Shown piece by piece: positions 32,393 to 45,955 of a DNA stretch of 64,000 nucleotides. This DNA comes from the human T2T-CHM13v2.0 reference genome, Homo sapiens. The translations under genes and the position numbers were made by a program. Within the stretch, counting starts at the first letter, position 1; the number at the start of each line of letters is the position of its first letter. The stretch is taken from NCBI RefSeq assembly GCF_009914755.1, contig NC_060927.1; one strand, 5' to 3'. Below the pieces are notes generated by a model. The model ran no database searches, was not told the DNA's origin, and worked only from the letters and a program-made list of their open reading frames with translations.

Positions 32393-33255
32393 ATGGGGAA
32401 AGAACATAAACAGATACTTCTCAAACCAAGACATACATATGGCCAGCAAACATGAAAAAATGCTCAGCATCACTAATCATTAGAGAAATGCAAATTAAAA
32501 CCACAGTGAGATACCATCTCACACCAGTCAGAATGGCTATTAATAAAAATTCAAAAAACAACAAATATTAGTTAAGCTGTGGAGAAATGAGAATGCTTAT
32601 ATACTGCCGGAGGGAATGTAAATTAGTTCAGCCACTGTAGAAAGCCATTTGGAGATTTCTCAAAGAACTTAGAACTACCATTCCACTTAGCAATCCCATG
32701 ACTGGGTATATATCGAAAAGAAAATAAATTGTTCTACCAAAAAGACACATACACTTGCATGTTCATTGCAGCACCATTCACAATAGCAAAGACATGGAAC
32801 CAACCAAAATATCCATCAATAGTGGACTGAATAAATAAAATGTGGTACATATACACTAGCCACAAAAAATAGAAATACTACACAGCCACAAAAAAGTGAA
32901 AATATGTCCTTTGCAGCAACATGCATGCAGCTGGAGGCCATTATCCTAAGTGAATTAATACAGAAACAGAAAACCAAATATCACATATTCTCACTTACAA
33001 ATGGGAGGTAAACATTGGATGCTCATGGACATAAAAGTGGGAACAACAAACATGGGAGATTTCTAATAGTGGGGAGAGAGGGAATGGGGCAAGTGTTGAA
33101 AAACTAACTATTGGGTACTATGCTTACTACTTGGGTGATGGGATCAATCATGACCAAAACCTCAGCATCACGCAAAATGCCCTTTTAATAAACCTGTACA
33201 TGTACCCCTGAATCTAAAATAAAACAACATTATAAATAAAATAAAACAAAACGAG
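32388..33255 (+). mobile_element. Older L1 (about L1PA15-17/L1PB) 3' end in tandem
   Basis: Same ORF2 region with a different 3' UTR 'gttgaaaaactaactattgggtac...aacctcagcatcacgc'. Confidence 0.92.
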
Positions 33256-34029
33256 AAAAGTCCTGCTTAGCTAACTTTTGAAATCATGCTGGTACATATT
33301 CTTTCCATATTTCAACAGCAATATAACTATAGGATGAGCTAAACTAGTTTTCATATAGGGCAGAGTTTAAAATCTGTGGTTAAAAGATCTAAAATTGTAT
33401 TTATCTCCTGACTTTAGGGAGAAAAATGAGTAACAGCTCTGGTCAACAAAAAAGAGTAAAAATTAGTTGAAAGATAAGCTAGAAAAGGAGGTTAGTATTA
33501 CACAATATTCTGGAAAGCTGATGGGACAATTTGATTAATGTGTTCAGAGCTGTGAAGGCCTTTGTGAAAGCCATGACCTTATGTGGTCATGTAACACTAT
33601 CATGACTGGAGTGTAGCCAAGACCAGCTTTAAAATTAGGTGTCTGTGATGGAGGGACTTCAGAAAGGGTTTCTAAAGAAAACCTTCTCTACCCCTGAAAC
33701 CCTACTATTAGTTTCATTCTCCTGATTCTAAAAAATTTTTCGAGAGTTTTCTACTAAAACATAGTTCCTCTTTAAATTGGTAGCACATCATGCTCTTGCT
33801 TAAAATTTCAAGGCTGGCTAATAATTCATTTACCATTGTATTGTGTTATGAATTAATAGATTCAATTCTTGGACTATCAAGCAGGAATGGCTTCAAGTAT
33901 CACTTAGTCCAACTCTTTCACTTTATACATGAGGGAATTGAGGCTGCAGGGGGTTAAGTGATTTGCCCAAGGTCCATTCCTAGACCAGGAATGAGAACTA
34001 AGGATTTCTTATTCCCATTCATGTTTTTG

Positions 34030-37000
34030 GAAGTTTTTTTTTTAACTTCTTTTATGAGACTACATACATACATACATATATACATACATATATATGTGAT
34101 ATGTATATATATGTGTGTGTTTTCTTTACAAAAATTTTTACAATATTAAGCCATAAATGGTAAAAAGATTAAAATCCTCTTTCTGCCTTTCCACTCCCCC
34201 ACAGGGATACTGTTGGAACCTTTTCTGTACACATATGTACATGAATACATACATAACAAAATAATAAAATATAGTTTTTAATATTACTAGAGCTCACATT
34301 GCATGTATTGTTCTGCAGCTTGCTTTATCTTAAAAATGTGTATTTTATATACATATCACATATTTAATACATGTAAATATTGCATATTAAATATTTTATA
34401 CGCATATTTTATGTACACATTAAATAATTACATGCTATATATGTATAAATCCAAAAGATTGAAAAGAAGTGAAAAGTCTCTCACTTACTACTTCAGTGTC
34501 TCAATCATGTAGTTTTCCTTGGAGTCAACCAGTGTTACCAGTTTCTTGTGTGACTGCCTACAGTTATTCTTTGCATATACAAGTCTGTAAACCCCTGCTT
34601 TCAAAAAACAAACTGTAGCATACTCTACATATTTATTTGCACCTTGTTCTTTTTAAACTTAATGTGTCTTGATGATTATCCCATACTAGCAGATAAAAAG
34701 CTTCCTCTTTTTCTTTTAATAGCTGTAGTAGTATAGTATGTCAGACAGTTGATACTAAGGCATTTTATAAATAGCATTGTGTAGTATTGCATTTTGTGAA
34801 TTTCTCATCCTTTATTTAACCTGTCACCTACTGATTTAGTTTGTTTTCAATATTTTCCTATTGAAAAATTGTGGCAATAAAGAGCTTTGTATATAGGGCA
34901 TTTCATGCATACTAGAGAACATTTATAGAATAAATTTCTGGAAGTGGCATTTCTGGATCAATTGTGTGCATTTATAATCTTGACAGTGAAACAATTAAAA
35001 ATATGTCACTCTGGTATATTGACTATTTAGGTTAAAGGCACTTGAAAAACAGTAGGGGCAAAAAGAATACTCTGCTGTTTCTTAAAAGCAACAGATGAAA
35101 TTTCCCATGAAAAAGATCCTCAAAAGCTGAGAAGTTGAGACCAAGAGAATTCTGTACAACCTTTTTTTTTTTTTTAACAAGGCTTAACTCATCTTTTAAG
35201 CCTACCAACACAATTTAATTCCTTCTTTACAAATTACTGTTTTTTGCCTAATTTAATATATAGGCAACTGACTAACTACTTCTTTGGGTCTTCATTTCCT
35301 TCTGAGGGAGGGCTCCCCATGCCATGTCAAACTTAAATAAATAAATCTGTGTGCTTTTCTTCTGTTAATCTATCTTATGTAAATTTAATTACCGGGCCCA
35401 GCAGGGACACTAAGAGGATGGAGGTTAAATTTTGCCATCCCTACAACAGATATTGCCAAATTGCCCTGCATGGAGGTATGGAGGCTGTATCAATTTACTT
35501 CCCTCCAGCAATGTATGGGAGCAACTTGTCTTCCCATGACAGTGCATAGAAATTGTGTTCTTCTTTTTCACACCTTCTTGGTCTTCCACAGAATGGCTAC
35601 ACCGTTGTTTATTTAAGCATTCTCCTTATTGATGGACATTTAACTTATTTCCAGTTTTTCAGTTTTACAAACAGAGCTGCACTGAACGTTCTTGTGCAAA
35701 TTTTCAAACATCTCTTTAGGTATTTTTCCAAAGGGCATGTGTTTCCAAGAACTGAACAGTCTTGTGCAAGTTTGCAAACATCTTTTTAGAAAATGCACAA
35801 AAGTGGAAAACTTGTTTCAAAAGTTATGAGCACATTATACTTTGATAGATAATGTCAAATTGCTCCATGAATAGGCTGCAGCAGATCATGTCCCAGACAA
35901 AGCATAAAGGGTATCTGTTTCCAAAATTATCAGTTTACTTAATTTTTGCCACTCTGATAGTTAAAAACTTAACTCCTGTTTTAATTTTCATTTCCCTGAT
36001 ACTAGTGATGTCAAGTGTATTTTCATGTATTCATTTCTTGAAAAAGGTAGTCAGTAAGAGCAAAGCTTCTGGAGTAATAGTGTTTGGTTGCAGACTGCAA
36101 CTGCCACTTGGCGACTTCCGTCAAAACAATTACTGGTGGGCAGGTTACTTAACCTCTCTGTGCCTCAAGGGATGTTATGAAGACTTTATGAGATAACAAT
36201 TGCAAAGTTCTTAGAAAGGTTTCTGGTTTATATTAAGTGCTCACTAAATGTTACTCTTTTTGTTGATATAATTATTTGTATTTCCTCTTCTGTGAATCAC
36301 CAATTTGTATCCTTTGATATAAGAATGGTCGGTGTCTTGTTAATTCACATACCCTGTTTTATATTCTGGTTATTAAGCGTTTTTTCTTTTGATTTATCTG
36401 TATCGCTAATATTTTCTTCCAGTTTGTTGGTTGGTTGCTTATCTTGTTTTTGTTTTTGGTGTTTTTTAAAAAAAATAATGCAGAAGGTTTAAATTTTTAC
36501 ATAGTTGTATAATTAGTCAATTAAAAATGAATTTTAGGTTTTATGAAGAACTTTACTACTCTAATATTGTAATTATATCCTCCCATAATTCTTTCTAATG
36601 TTTTTAATTTCTTTTAAATGCCTAACTCTTTAATGCCTCTTAGCAGGTAAGAATTTTACTTCTTTTATTTTGTTTTAAACAAACGAATAGCAAATTGTTC
36701 CATAGTATAGCTACACCAGAATTTATCTGATTTTCATTTAATTTCACTGGAGAAAATTTATATTAGTGTACTCTGTGTCCTCCTATCCGGTTATGTGGTG
36801 ATTTTGCTCATCTTTAAGTTTCTTTTCTTTATTTAGGTCTTACACGTTTCTTATTAATTTTATTCCTAGGCATTTTATAGTTTCATTACTGCTGTGAAGA
36901 GAATCTTTCTTTGGATATTTTTCAACTCGCTATAGTTCATAGCAGAAAGGAACAGACTTTTCTATGCTCTATTTTAATTAAATTTTCTAAGATATGTACA

Positions 37001-37370
37001 TTCTGAGAAAAGTGTAAAAAGTCTCCCATTGTTTACCGATTTGTAATTTTCTTATAATTCTTGTGAATTTTGATTGATATATTTCAAAACTATGTAAAGA
37101 ACACAAAACTTTCTAAATAGATTTTTTTCCTTTGTCTTGATTAGACATTGGCTATTAACATTGCCACATTTGCTTTCTTTCGCTTAGGATTTGCACACTG
37201 TATCTTTTTACATCTGTATTTTTTAACATTTTGTCATTTTCTTTTACATCTAAAACTAGCATGGTTTCGTGCTTTCTTCCTAACTTGAGCACCTTAATAG
37301 GTAAATTTAGTGCCTTCAAATTTATTGTGATTTCTAACATATTTGAACTTATCTTGTCATCTTCTCTCTC
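34030..37370 (-). mobile_element. Patchwork of ancient L1ME/L1M fragments with a TA/CA-rich tract and a plus-strand MIR (36045-36260)
   Basis: 'attgatggacatttaacttatttccagtttt', 'agatattgccaaattgccct' and 'ttttattcctaggcattt'. Confidence 0.65.
34987..35445 (+). mobile_element. MER34-family ERV1 solo LTR
   Basis: 'tatattgactattt...aaaggcacttgaaaaacag' and 'cttttcttctgttaatctatc...ccctaca'; 4-bp TSD acag. Confidence 0.85.
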
Positions 37371-37971
37371 TCTCCTTCCACGTCTCTCCCTTTCTCCTCC
37401 CTCTTTTCTTCCTTCGTCCTTTCTTTCCTTCTTCATTCTTTCTGTCCTTTTCTGGTTCTTCAGAGGGGGTGAGATGTGTGGGAACTTCTTTCTTATTGTG
37501 TCTTGGAGAGGATAGAAGTGTTGGTGGAAGCTCATAATTTGTGTCTGAAGGTTTTCCCTACACAGCTTCTATGCTGATCTGCAGAGTTGCACCTTGGAGC
37601 TTATATAAAAATAGATATTGGACTCTACATCAAGCCCACTGAATCTGCTGGACAGGATTGATGTGCCCGTGTTCTGAATCCTTTCTTTTGTATATAACCC
37701 TATATTTTAAGCTTTCCCAGTGCTATTACATTTTTAATAAGCATTTATTATATAATGTTTAATGCTTGTGTAATTTTTTATTCCACTATTATTCAGTATT
37801 AAATTGTTTCCTGCTTTTATGCTATTATAAATAATTCTGATATAAACCTCTAAATGAATTAAAGGTTTTTACATAATTAATAATATTTAATTTCCTAGGA
37901 AATCTTAAAAGTGTGATTATTTTATCAATTGAGACTGAATAGTTTGAAGACTATATACAAAAATTATATTA

Positions 37972-38460
<489 letters not shown>

Positions 38461-38570
38461 AAGGTAAAGTTTCACATTTATTGCAGTATTTATGTGTTTT
38501 ATAATCATCCAATACATGTAAAAGTGTGCCACCTTTTTACTGGTTTTCTATCTTTATGTCCACTGATGCA

Positions 38571-39056
38571 GTTTTTTTATTAACTTTTATTTTGGGTTCA
38601 AGAGTACATATGTAGGTTTGTTATATAGGTAAACAGGGGTTTGTTGTACAGGTTATTTCATCGCCCAGGTATTAAACCTAGTACCCTACAGTTATTTATT
38701 CTGTTCCTCTCCCTCCTCCCACCCTCCACCCTCCACCCTCCACCCTCAAGTAGACCCCAGTGTCCATTGCTCCCTCCTTTGTGTTCATGAGTTCTCATCA
38801 TTCAGCTCCCACTTATAAGTGAGAACATGCAGTATTTGGTTTTCTGTTCCTGTGTCAGTTTTCTAAGGATGATATCCTCCAGTCCATCCATGTTCCTGCA
38901 AAGACATGATCTCATTCTTTTTTTTGGCTGCATAGTATTCCATGGTGTATATATACCACATTTCCTTTATCCAATCTGTCATTGATGAGCATTTAGGTTG
39001 ATTCCATGTCTTTGCTATTGTGAACAGTGCTGCAATGAACATTCACGTGCATGTGA
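38571..39056 (-). mobile_element. L1PA (about PA13-15) 3' end
   Basis: 'aggtttgttatataggtaaac', 'ccaccctcaagtagaccccagtgtc' and 'gctcccacttataagtgagaacatg'. Confidence 0.92.
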
Positions 39057-39756
39057 AAGACTATGTATTACGAGAATGATTTCTACAAGCTATTATACAA
39101 TAAGATCTAGAACTTTTATGTGTTAATAAAAGGACCATTTTCTCAAAAAGCAAAGGCAGGAACAATAAAAATAGAATATAAATTTAAGAGAATTTAAAAC
39201 TGAAGATAACTTAAACTATATTTCTCATAATTGCCCACATGGCTTTACTTCAGAGTGATGCTTGATTAATAAAACATAGTCCAGCAAGCAAGAACTAATT
39301 CTAAAATACTTTAGAATTACTTAAATACAAATACTGAATTTGTATTTCTTAAGTTCTGGAAGAAGATACACCGCTCAGAGCCACCCCTCTTACTGTTCTC
39401 TTTCATTTCTCATCCTCTTCTTTTGCACCTTGTGGTGCTTCTCTTTTCCAACGCTGGAGAACTTTTCCTGCGTCCTTTGTGTTGAATCTCCCTCACCATT
39501 TCCTTCTGATTCTGTATTACAAAAGACAGGGTGAGTCTGGCTATGGCAGAGAGATTCTCCGAGCGCAGGGTTGGCAGAAGCCAGGACCCCATGTAAATGG
39601 GAAAAGGCAGGAAAAATGCCAGGAACATTCCCACTTAAACAACATGTCCCTTTATACCTGGGAATCTCATCTCTGTGGCTACCTATAATCATCCAATGTA
39701 TGTAAAAGTATGCCAGCATTTTAATTGGTTTTCTATCTTTATGTGTCACTGATGCA

Positions 39757-39999
39757 GTTTAAAAAAATTCTTATTTTAGGTTCAGGAGTACACATGAAGG
39801 TTTGTTATATAGGTAAATTCGTGTCACAGGGGTTTGCTGTACAGGTTATTTCATCACCCAGGTATTAAACCTAGTTCCCAATAGTTATTTTTTGTGCTTC
39901 TCTCCCTCCTCCCACCTTCCACCCTCAAGTAAACCCCAGTGTCTATTGTTTCCTTCTTTATGTCGATGAGTTCTTATCATTTAGCTCCCCACTTATAAG
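39757..39999 (-). mobile_element. Duplicated copy of the preceding L1PA 3' end
   Basis: Shares the unique flank with 38500-38571. Confidence 0.9.
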
Positions 40000-41929
40000 G
40001 TTTGTTATATTGCCCAGGGAAGGCAAGATACAAACTCACCTCTTCTCTGTAGTATGATTAACCTTGTTATAAGTTTATAAAATGCAACTCATGGGAAGGA
40101 AAGAATAAACAAACTGTTAATTGTTCCTGTTAGCTCAGACACACCTGAGCCTTGTCTGATTGTCCAAAGAGTTTAACACACTAGAGTTACACAGAGAATA
40201 ATTTGTAATAAAATAATAAACATTGTTGCTATTAAGCATTGATTGGTTGTGTTAATAGTTTATAAAATGTTATAATTTCTCAGGTTACTTTTATTACTAT
40301 GTATCATTGCACTAGAACCCAGTGTCAATATAATTAGGAGGTCTGGATTCAAATCCTAAATTCTGATTTTAATGAGCTTTGTGACCATCTAATTTTACCT
40401 TTCTTGGTCATGTTTCCTTACTTTAAGTCCAAAAATTAGAATCCACCATCTTAAGGTCCCTCTAAAATTTTATTATATTTTATATTCTCAAAGGACCTAG
40501 TGGTCCAATTGCCTAACCTGTGCATTGAGGTTAAGTTATCACAAATATTTTAGCAGGAAATCCTACGGACACAGGGTATAGTGAACAAGAGAGTAGAAAT
40601 TCATCTTCCCTAATCCCATGTTCTCTAGTAAGATGTGCACTTTGCTTTGAGAAAGTTGCTCATCATATTCTTCCAGAAAGTCATGATAAATGCATATCTC
40701 AGAGGCTTAGTTCAAAGCTCTTCTCTGGAAGACGTCCTCCTATTAGCTTCCTTTGATATAGCAAATATCACAGTGGATGAGAAAAGGTTTCCCTCTTCTT
40801 CCAACCCATGGTACAAATCCATACACAATAGAATGTTGAAACCCAGAACTCTAGAGAAGATACAGAATCTGATAGGATTTAAGTTCCAGGAAAACTTGGG
40901 GGTGGGTTTGAAATAAAATGCCTCTGTATGAAACATGGCACCATGATTTCTTTCTAAGGCTGATGTGGCCCAATGGCTACAGATATTAGGTCAACCCAAA
41001 TGGAATTGAGTAAGTGATCTCTTTATAAAGGTGGTGTATTGAAACATCCTCATATTACATTTATAATTTTATATTTGGATCCTTAAGTGGTTAACTGGGT
41101 AGGGGTTGTGTTGATGAGGAATACCATGGAAGGAACTGCAGAAAGTAGTAATGGGGCCAGTATGTGACCCCCAAGGTACATCTCCTCCTTTGGAAGAGAC
41201 ACTTCCAGGTCTTTGGTTAGGGATAGCAAAATGTTAGTTGCAATAAAAGCTGGAACGTGTTTGGTTTGGGGTTTGCCCTGGGCCATTCTGTGATCTCTCT
41301 AGAGCAGCCGTAAAGCTAGGAAATAGAGCCAGGTGGTAAGGACCCAGTGAGGTGAGTTCTAAGAGACAGAGAGAAAGAAGCAGAGGTAACCGGGCAAATA
41401 GAACAGTCAAGATGAGTCCAGAATGATAAGCCACACCTGCTGTGGTGACAGAAGAATGGGGAAATAAAAAGATCAGCCTGTTGGGTGGGACGCACATATT
41501 TTTCAATGAGTCAATAAAATGCTTTTCTTGGAGTGCAGGCTAGATATTATCTAGTTAGTAACTTACTTTTTAAACTTAAGCTGAGCTTCTTAACTCCACC
41601 TCTTCATACCTTTTGCTTTATTTATTCACTAGAATTTCCACACTTATATATGATCAGGAATGTGCTATTTACTATTAGAGTCTCTGGTCTCAAAGAATTT
41701 GCAATCACATATTAAACCAACCAGAACAAGGAGATTTATATACAAGTCAAGTGCTGCAATATTGTAGGGGAAGGAATTAGTAATAATCCTTAAAGACAGA
41801 GAGATATCAAGTAAGGAATACAAAAGAAAGTTAGAATAGCTGCCTTCCAAAAACCCTTCTAGTTCTTAACAGTATATAATTTTGCTTGTTTCTGTCTTTC
41901 CTTTTCAAGTCCCATTACCTCGTTTATTT

Positions 41930-42160
41930 ATTAAGCAAACATTTAATATACGGCTTGCCATGTTTCAGGCATTACATATGCCTATTCATTTTATGTTCAT
42001 AATAACCCTTTGTGGTAGGTGCTGTTATCTTCATTTTATCTGTGAGTAAATGACAGCACAGAGAAGTTAAGTTACTCTTAACAGCTGGTAAGTGGCTGAG
42101 CTGAGATTTGAACCAGAGACTATCTCCAGAGTCTGTGGTCTTAACCGTTTTATCATGTTG
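41930..42160 (-). mobile_element. MIR
   Basis: 'gcacagagaagttaagtt...acagctggtaagtggctgagctgagatttgaacc'. Confidence 0.85.
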
Positions 42161-42642
42161 CATGGTTTTGAATCGAAATATATATTTGTTTACAGAAAAA
42201 GGTAAAATTTGAATGATGAACAAACACCTAATTCTTATTAATTTCCTCTTGGATAGAAAAAGAGTTCATTTTCTCTCTTTTTAAAAAAACAAGAGCCAAT
42301 TTATTCTGAGTAGTTTTGGAACCTATATCATTTTAATTTTTCACTGTTCAGGAAATGAAAACACAGGATGAGATGAGGGAATGATTTAGGTGTCCTTTAG
42401 GATTTTTTCCAAAGTGCAAACTATACTTTTGTGGAGCCAAAAGGGGCCATTCTTGTGTACACTTGGGCTAAAGTGACTCTTAGATCCACTGTTCTCTAGG
42501 ATATTCCAGTCTTTCCCTCACCAAACAACTACTGATGGGATGACATTTATGCATTCATACTATGCTAGTTGAGAGATGGGTATACGTGGGAATGTAGGCT
42601 TGGTACCTGCTATTAATGAGCTTATAATTTAATTGGGGAGAC

Positions 42643-42644
<2 letters not shown>

Positions 42645-42682
<38 letters not shown>
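42645..42682 (+). repeat. (CA)n microsatellite
   Basis: About 19 perfect units. Confidence 0.95.
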
Positions 42683-42685
<3 letters not shown>

Positions 42686-43124
42686 TTAATTAACCTTCAC
42701 AATCACAATATAATTCAAGAACCGAAAGCTCCAGTGGGCAAACATTATGGCTGGGCTGTTTGGCTAGAAGAGTAGAAGGCATATTGAACATATACAGTTC
42801 TGCAGATTCTCTTGGCTGATCTGTCTCTAGAACCTTAACCTCTTCCACCCATTTGCTCTGCCTTAGCTGCTGCTGCTGCGCCTCATGACACAACCTCATG
42901 ACAGGTCCATGAGTGTCTAGCACCTGAGACAGACCAGTTTCTTGCCTGGAGTCTCCGGCTTCTTCCACCACTTTGAGATTTGTATATTGTATCACACAGG
43001 CTACGCATGAGCTGTGGCTTCCGAAGCAGCTTCCCAAAGAGTCCAGAGAATACAATCTAGAAGTGTGGGAAAGTTGACTTTTGACAGAGAAAAACAGGAG
43101 CTAGAAAAATTTGGGCAGATAAGT

Positions 43125-43588
43125 ATTGTCATCCCTTGGTATCCATGGGGGATTTGTTCCTGGACCTCCCTTGGATACCAAAATCCATGAATGCTCAATG
43201 CCCCAGTATAAAATGGCATAATATTAGCATATAACCTGTACACATCTTCCCACATACTTTAAATCTCTCTGGTTGCTTACAGTACTTAATATGATATAAA
43301 TGCTAAGTAAATAGTTGTCATACTGTGTTGTTTAGAGAATAATGACAAGAAAAAGTGTACATGTTCAGTACAGATGCAATTAAAAAATATTTTTGAGTGG
43401 GTGCAGCGCACCAGCATGGCACATGTATACATATGTAACTAACCTGCACAATGTGCACATGTACCCTAAAACTTAAAGTGTAATAAAACAAAAAAAAAAG
43501 AAAAAGAAAAAAAGAAAAAAAAATATTTTTGATCTACAGTTGGTTGAATTCACAGATGAAGAACTCAAGGATATGGAGGACCAACCAC
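43125..43588 (+). mobile_element. MER2 (Tigger-derived) DNA transposon fossil, split by L1
   Basis: 'cccttggtatccatgggggatt...gataccaaaatcca' ... 'ggttgaattcacagatg..ggatatggagg'. Confidence 0.92.
43397..43517 (+). mobile_element. Very short young L1 3' tip (L1PA2/L1HS-like, non-Ta base)
   Basis: About 90 nt near-identical to the young L1 3' end plus an A tail; perfect 15-bp TSD aaaaaatatttttga. Confidence 0.95.
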
Positions 43589-44494
43589 ACTCTTTCCCTT
43601 CCTTCCTCTAATAGACTAATGTGAGACACAGCTTCTCTGATCAGTCTGTCTAGAGACATGCTGGGTAGCTGAGCAGGTGACCTCCAAGGGAGTGGCTGAG
43701 ACTCTTCCAGCTCATTGTGAAGAAGAGGCCATTGTTATGCATTATCTCACATTGCTTGATGTCTTTCTCTGTCTCATTGTCCTTCTCCTCCACTCTTGTT
43801 GTCCCAGGATTGTACTTCCCCAAATAAAGGAATACCCTGTAATATTTGCTCCAGTTTCCGTTTTCTAGAGGTCTTGGAATAAGGAGGAAGAAAGGACAGT
43901 CTATGCAGAGTGTAGAATATAGAAAGGAATGATCTGGGCTGAAAACATTTATGTTGGAGGTAGCCAGCGTCAAGTTTTGGAGGGCCATACTGAGGGCCAT
44001 GTAGATTCTTTGAAGGCCTTTGAGCAGAGGAGTGACATGATGGAAAGTGGGATTTAGGAAGGTAGATCAGGTGGGAATAGAAAATTGGAGTGCTATGAAG
44101 TTGGGAGAACTGCAGGCAGAAAGACTAGTAGGATGAGTATAGGGCCAAGCTAGAGAAATGAAATGGCAGATGGAGAATCTTAACATGGCTTTAACTACCT
44201 TGGTGAACTAGGAATCAAGGTAATTCACTAGAGGTGAGTAAGAGGAAGATAAAGTTGAGGGGTGGATGGGGAGGAGAACTTCAGTGTACTCTCCTGAGGT
44301 CAGGTGGCATCATATTGTTTCTTGCTGGGCCTGGCTGTGTCTAGGTCTTCTGCTCTCCATCAGTACGAAATCTAGGGCAACTGCAGAATTTCTCGTTTCA
44401 TGATTAGTTTGTGTATTATATGCAAATTGCCAAAAGACTGATCAGATATTTACATGGTCTATTCAATTTGGATTTTGTTAACTAAATGCTGTGA

Positions 44495-44818
<324 letters not shown>

Positions 44819-45812
44819 TAATTTTTGTTAATTAAAACTACTATCACAGAAACTGTTATTTACAGCACTTTTAATGAACAAACAGATAAGCCCTGTGGTT
44901 ACATAGCAATTGACTTTTCTTCTGGCTGTGAAGCCAGAGTAACCACAGAAGAGTCATTTAGTCATGACTTTTGTCTAGATTTTGCTGTTCATGAGAAGGC
45001 AGAAGTGGGCTGAACAAGCCATATATTCATTCTGGACTTGAAATGCAGAAGTGTGTGCTCAGTTAGTTTAATTAAAAAATTTCTCAGTTAACATTTAAAA
45101 ATATTTTTGAATATTTTAAAAATTTTAAGTACTTTATACACTGGCCAGTTATTGAATGCTTGAATGTTTGTTGAAGTTCCCTGTGTTCAAGACTGTTTGC
45201 TTCCCTAGAGGAGAAAATAATTAATGTTCTAAAACACAGCATGAACATATTTTATATGTTGAGATAGATAGGCAGCAATAAACTATAAACTAGATGAGAT
45301 AGTATATCTACACAGCCTCTGAGTTGAGAAAAATTAAAGAATCCTTAAGTTAAACACACACACATGTGCATGCACACACACACACACACATACCCAGAAA
45401 CACAGAAATGGGTCCCATAAGGAAAAAGGTAATTTATTGTACATGATGCTGTAGTTTCTAGAGACTTAGAGTGTTGTCTGGCTAGCGACTAAAGTAAGAG
45501 TCTGGTTTTGACTCCTAGTTGAGCACAGGTGCCAAGGTGGGTCATTTTTCAAAGGGTGGTGTTCTCATAGTGGTACCCTTTTTGTCTCTAGTGTTGAAGT
45601 GGTGATGTTGATGCTTCTGAGGAGATAGTATTTTCTCCCAGCCCCGACAACTGCGCTTGCAGAGATCAAGCCTGACCCAGAGATAGTGTCTCACAGCTTT
45701 TTGGCTGTATTCATTGGTAAAGAGTCAGTTGCTTGTCATCAGTAATAACAAGTTTCAGTTTCATCACAGGAAAATGTGAGCCAGGAAGGGCATTTAGAAA
45801 TCAACCAAAGTT

Positions 45813-45955
45813 GGCTGGGTGTGGTCGCTCATGCCTGTAATCCCAGTGCTTTGGGAGGCCAAGGTGGGATGATTGCCTGAGCTTAGGAGTTTGAGACCAT
45901 ACTGGGTAACATAGTGAGACTGACTACAAAAAAAAAAAAAAAAAAAAAAAAAAAA
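45813..45955 (+). mobile_element. FLAM/Alu left monomer with A28 tail
   Basis: Left arm only; perfect 15-bp TSD agaaatcaaccaaag. Confidence 0.92.

Noticed and set aside
37155-37535. 126-aa charged ORF
   Set aside because: Produced by a CT-rich low-complexity tract and an L1 remnant.
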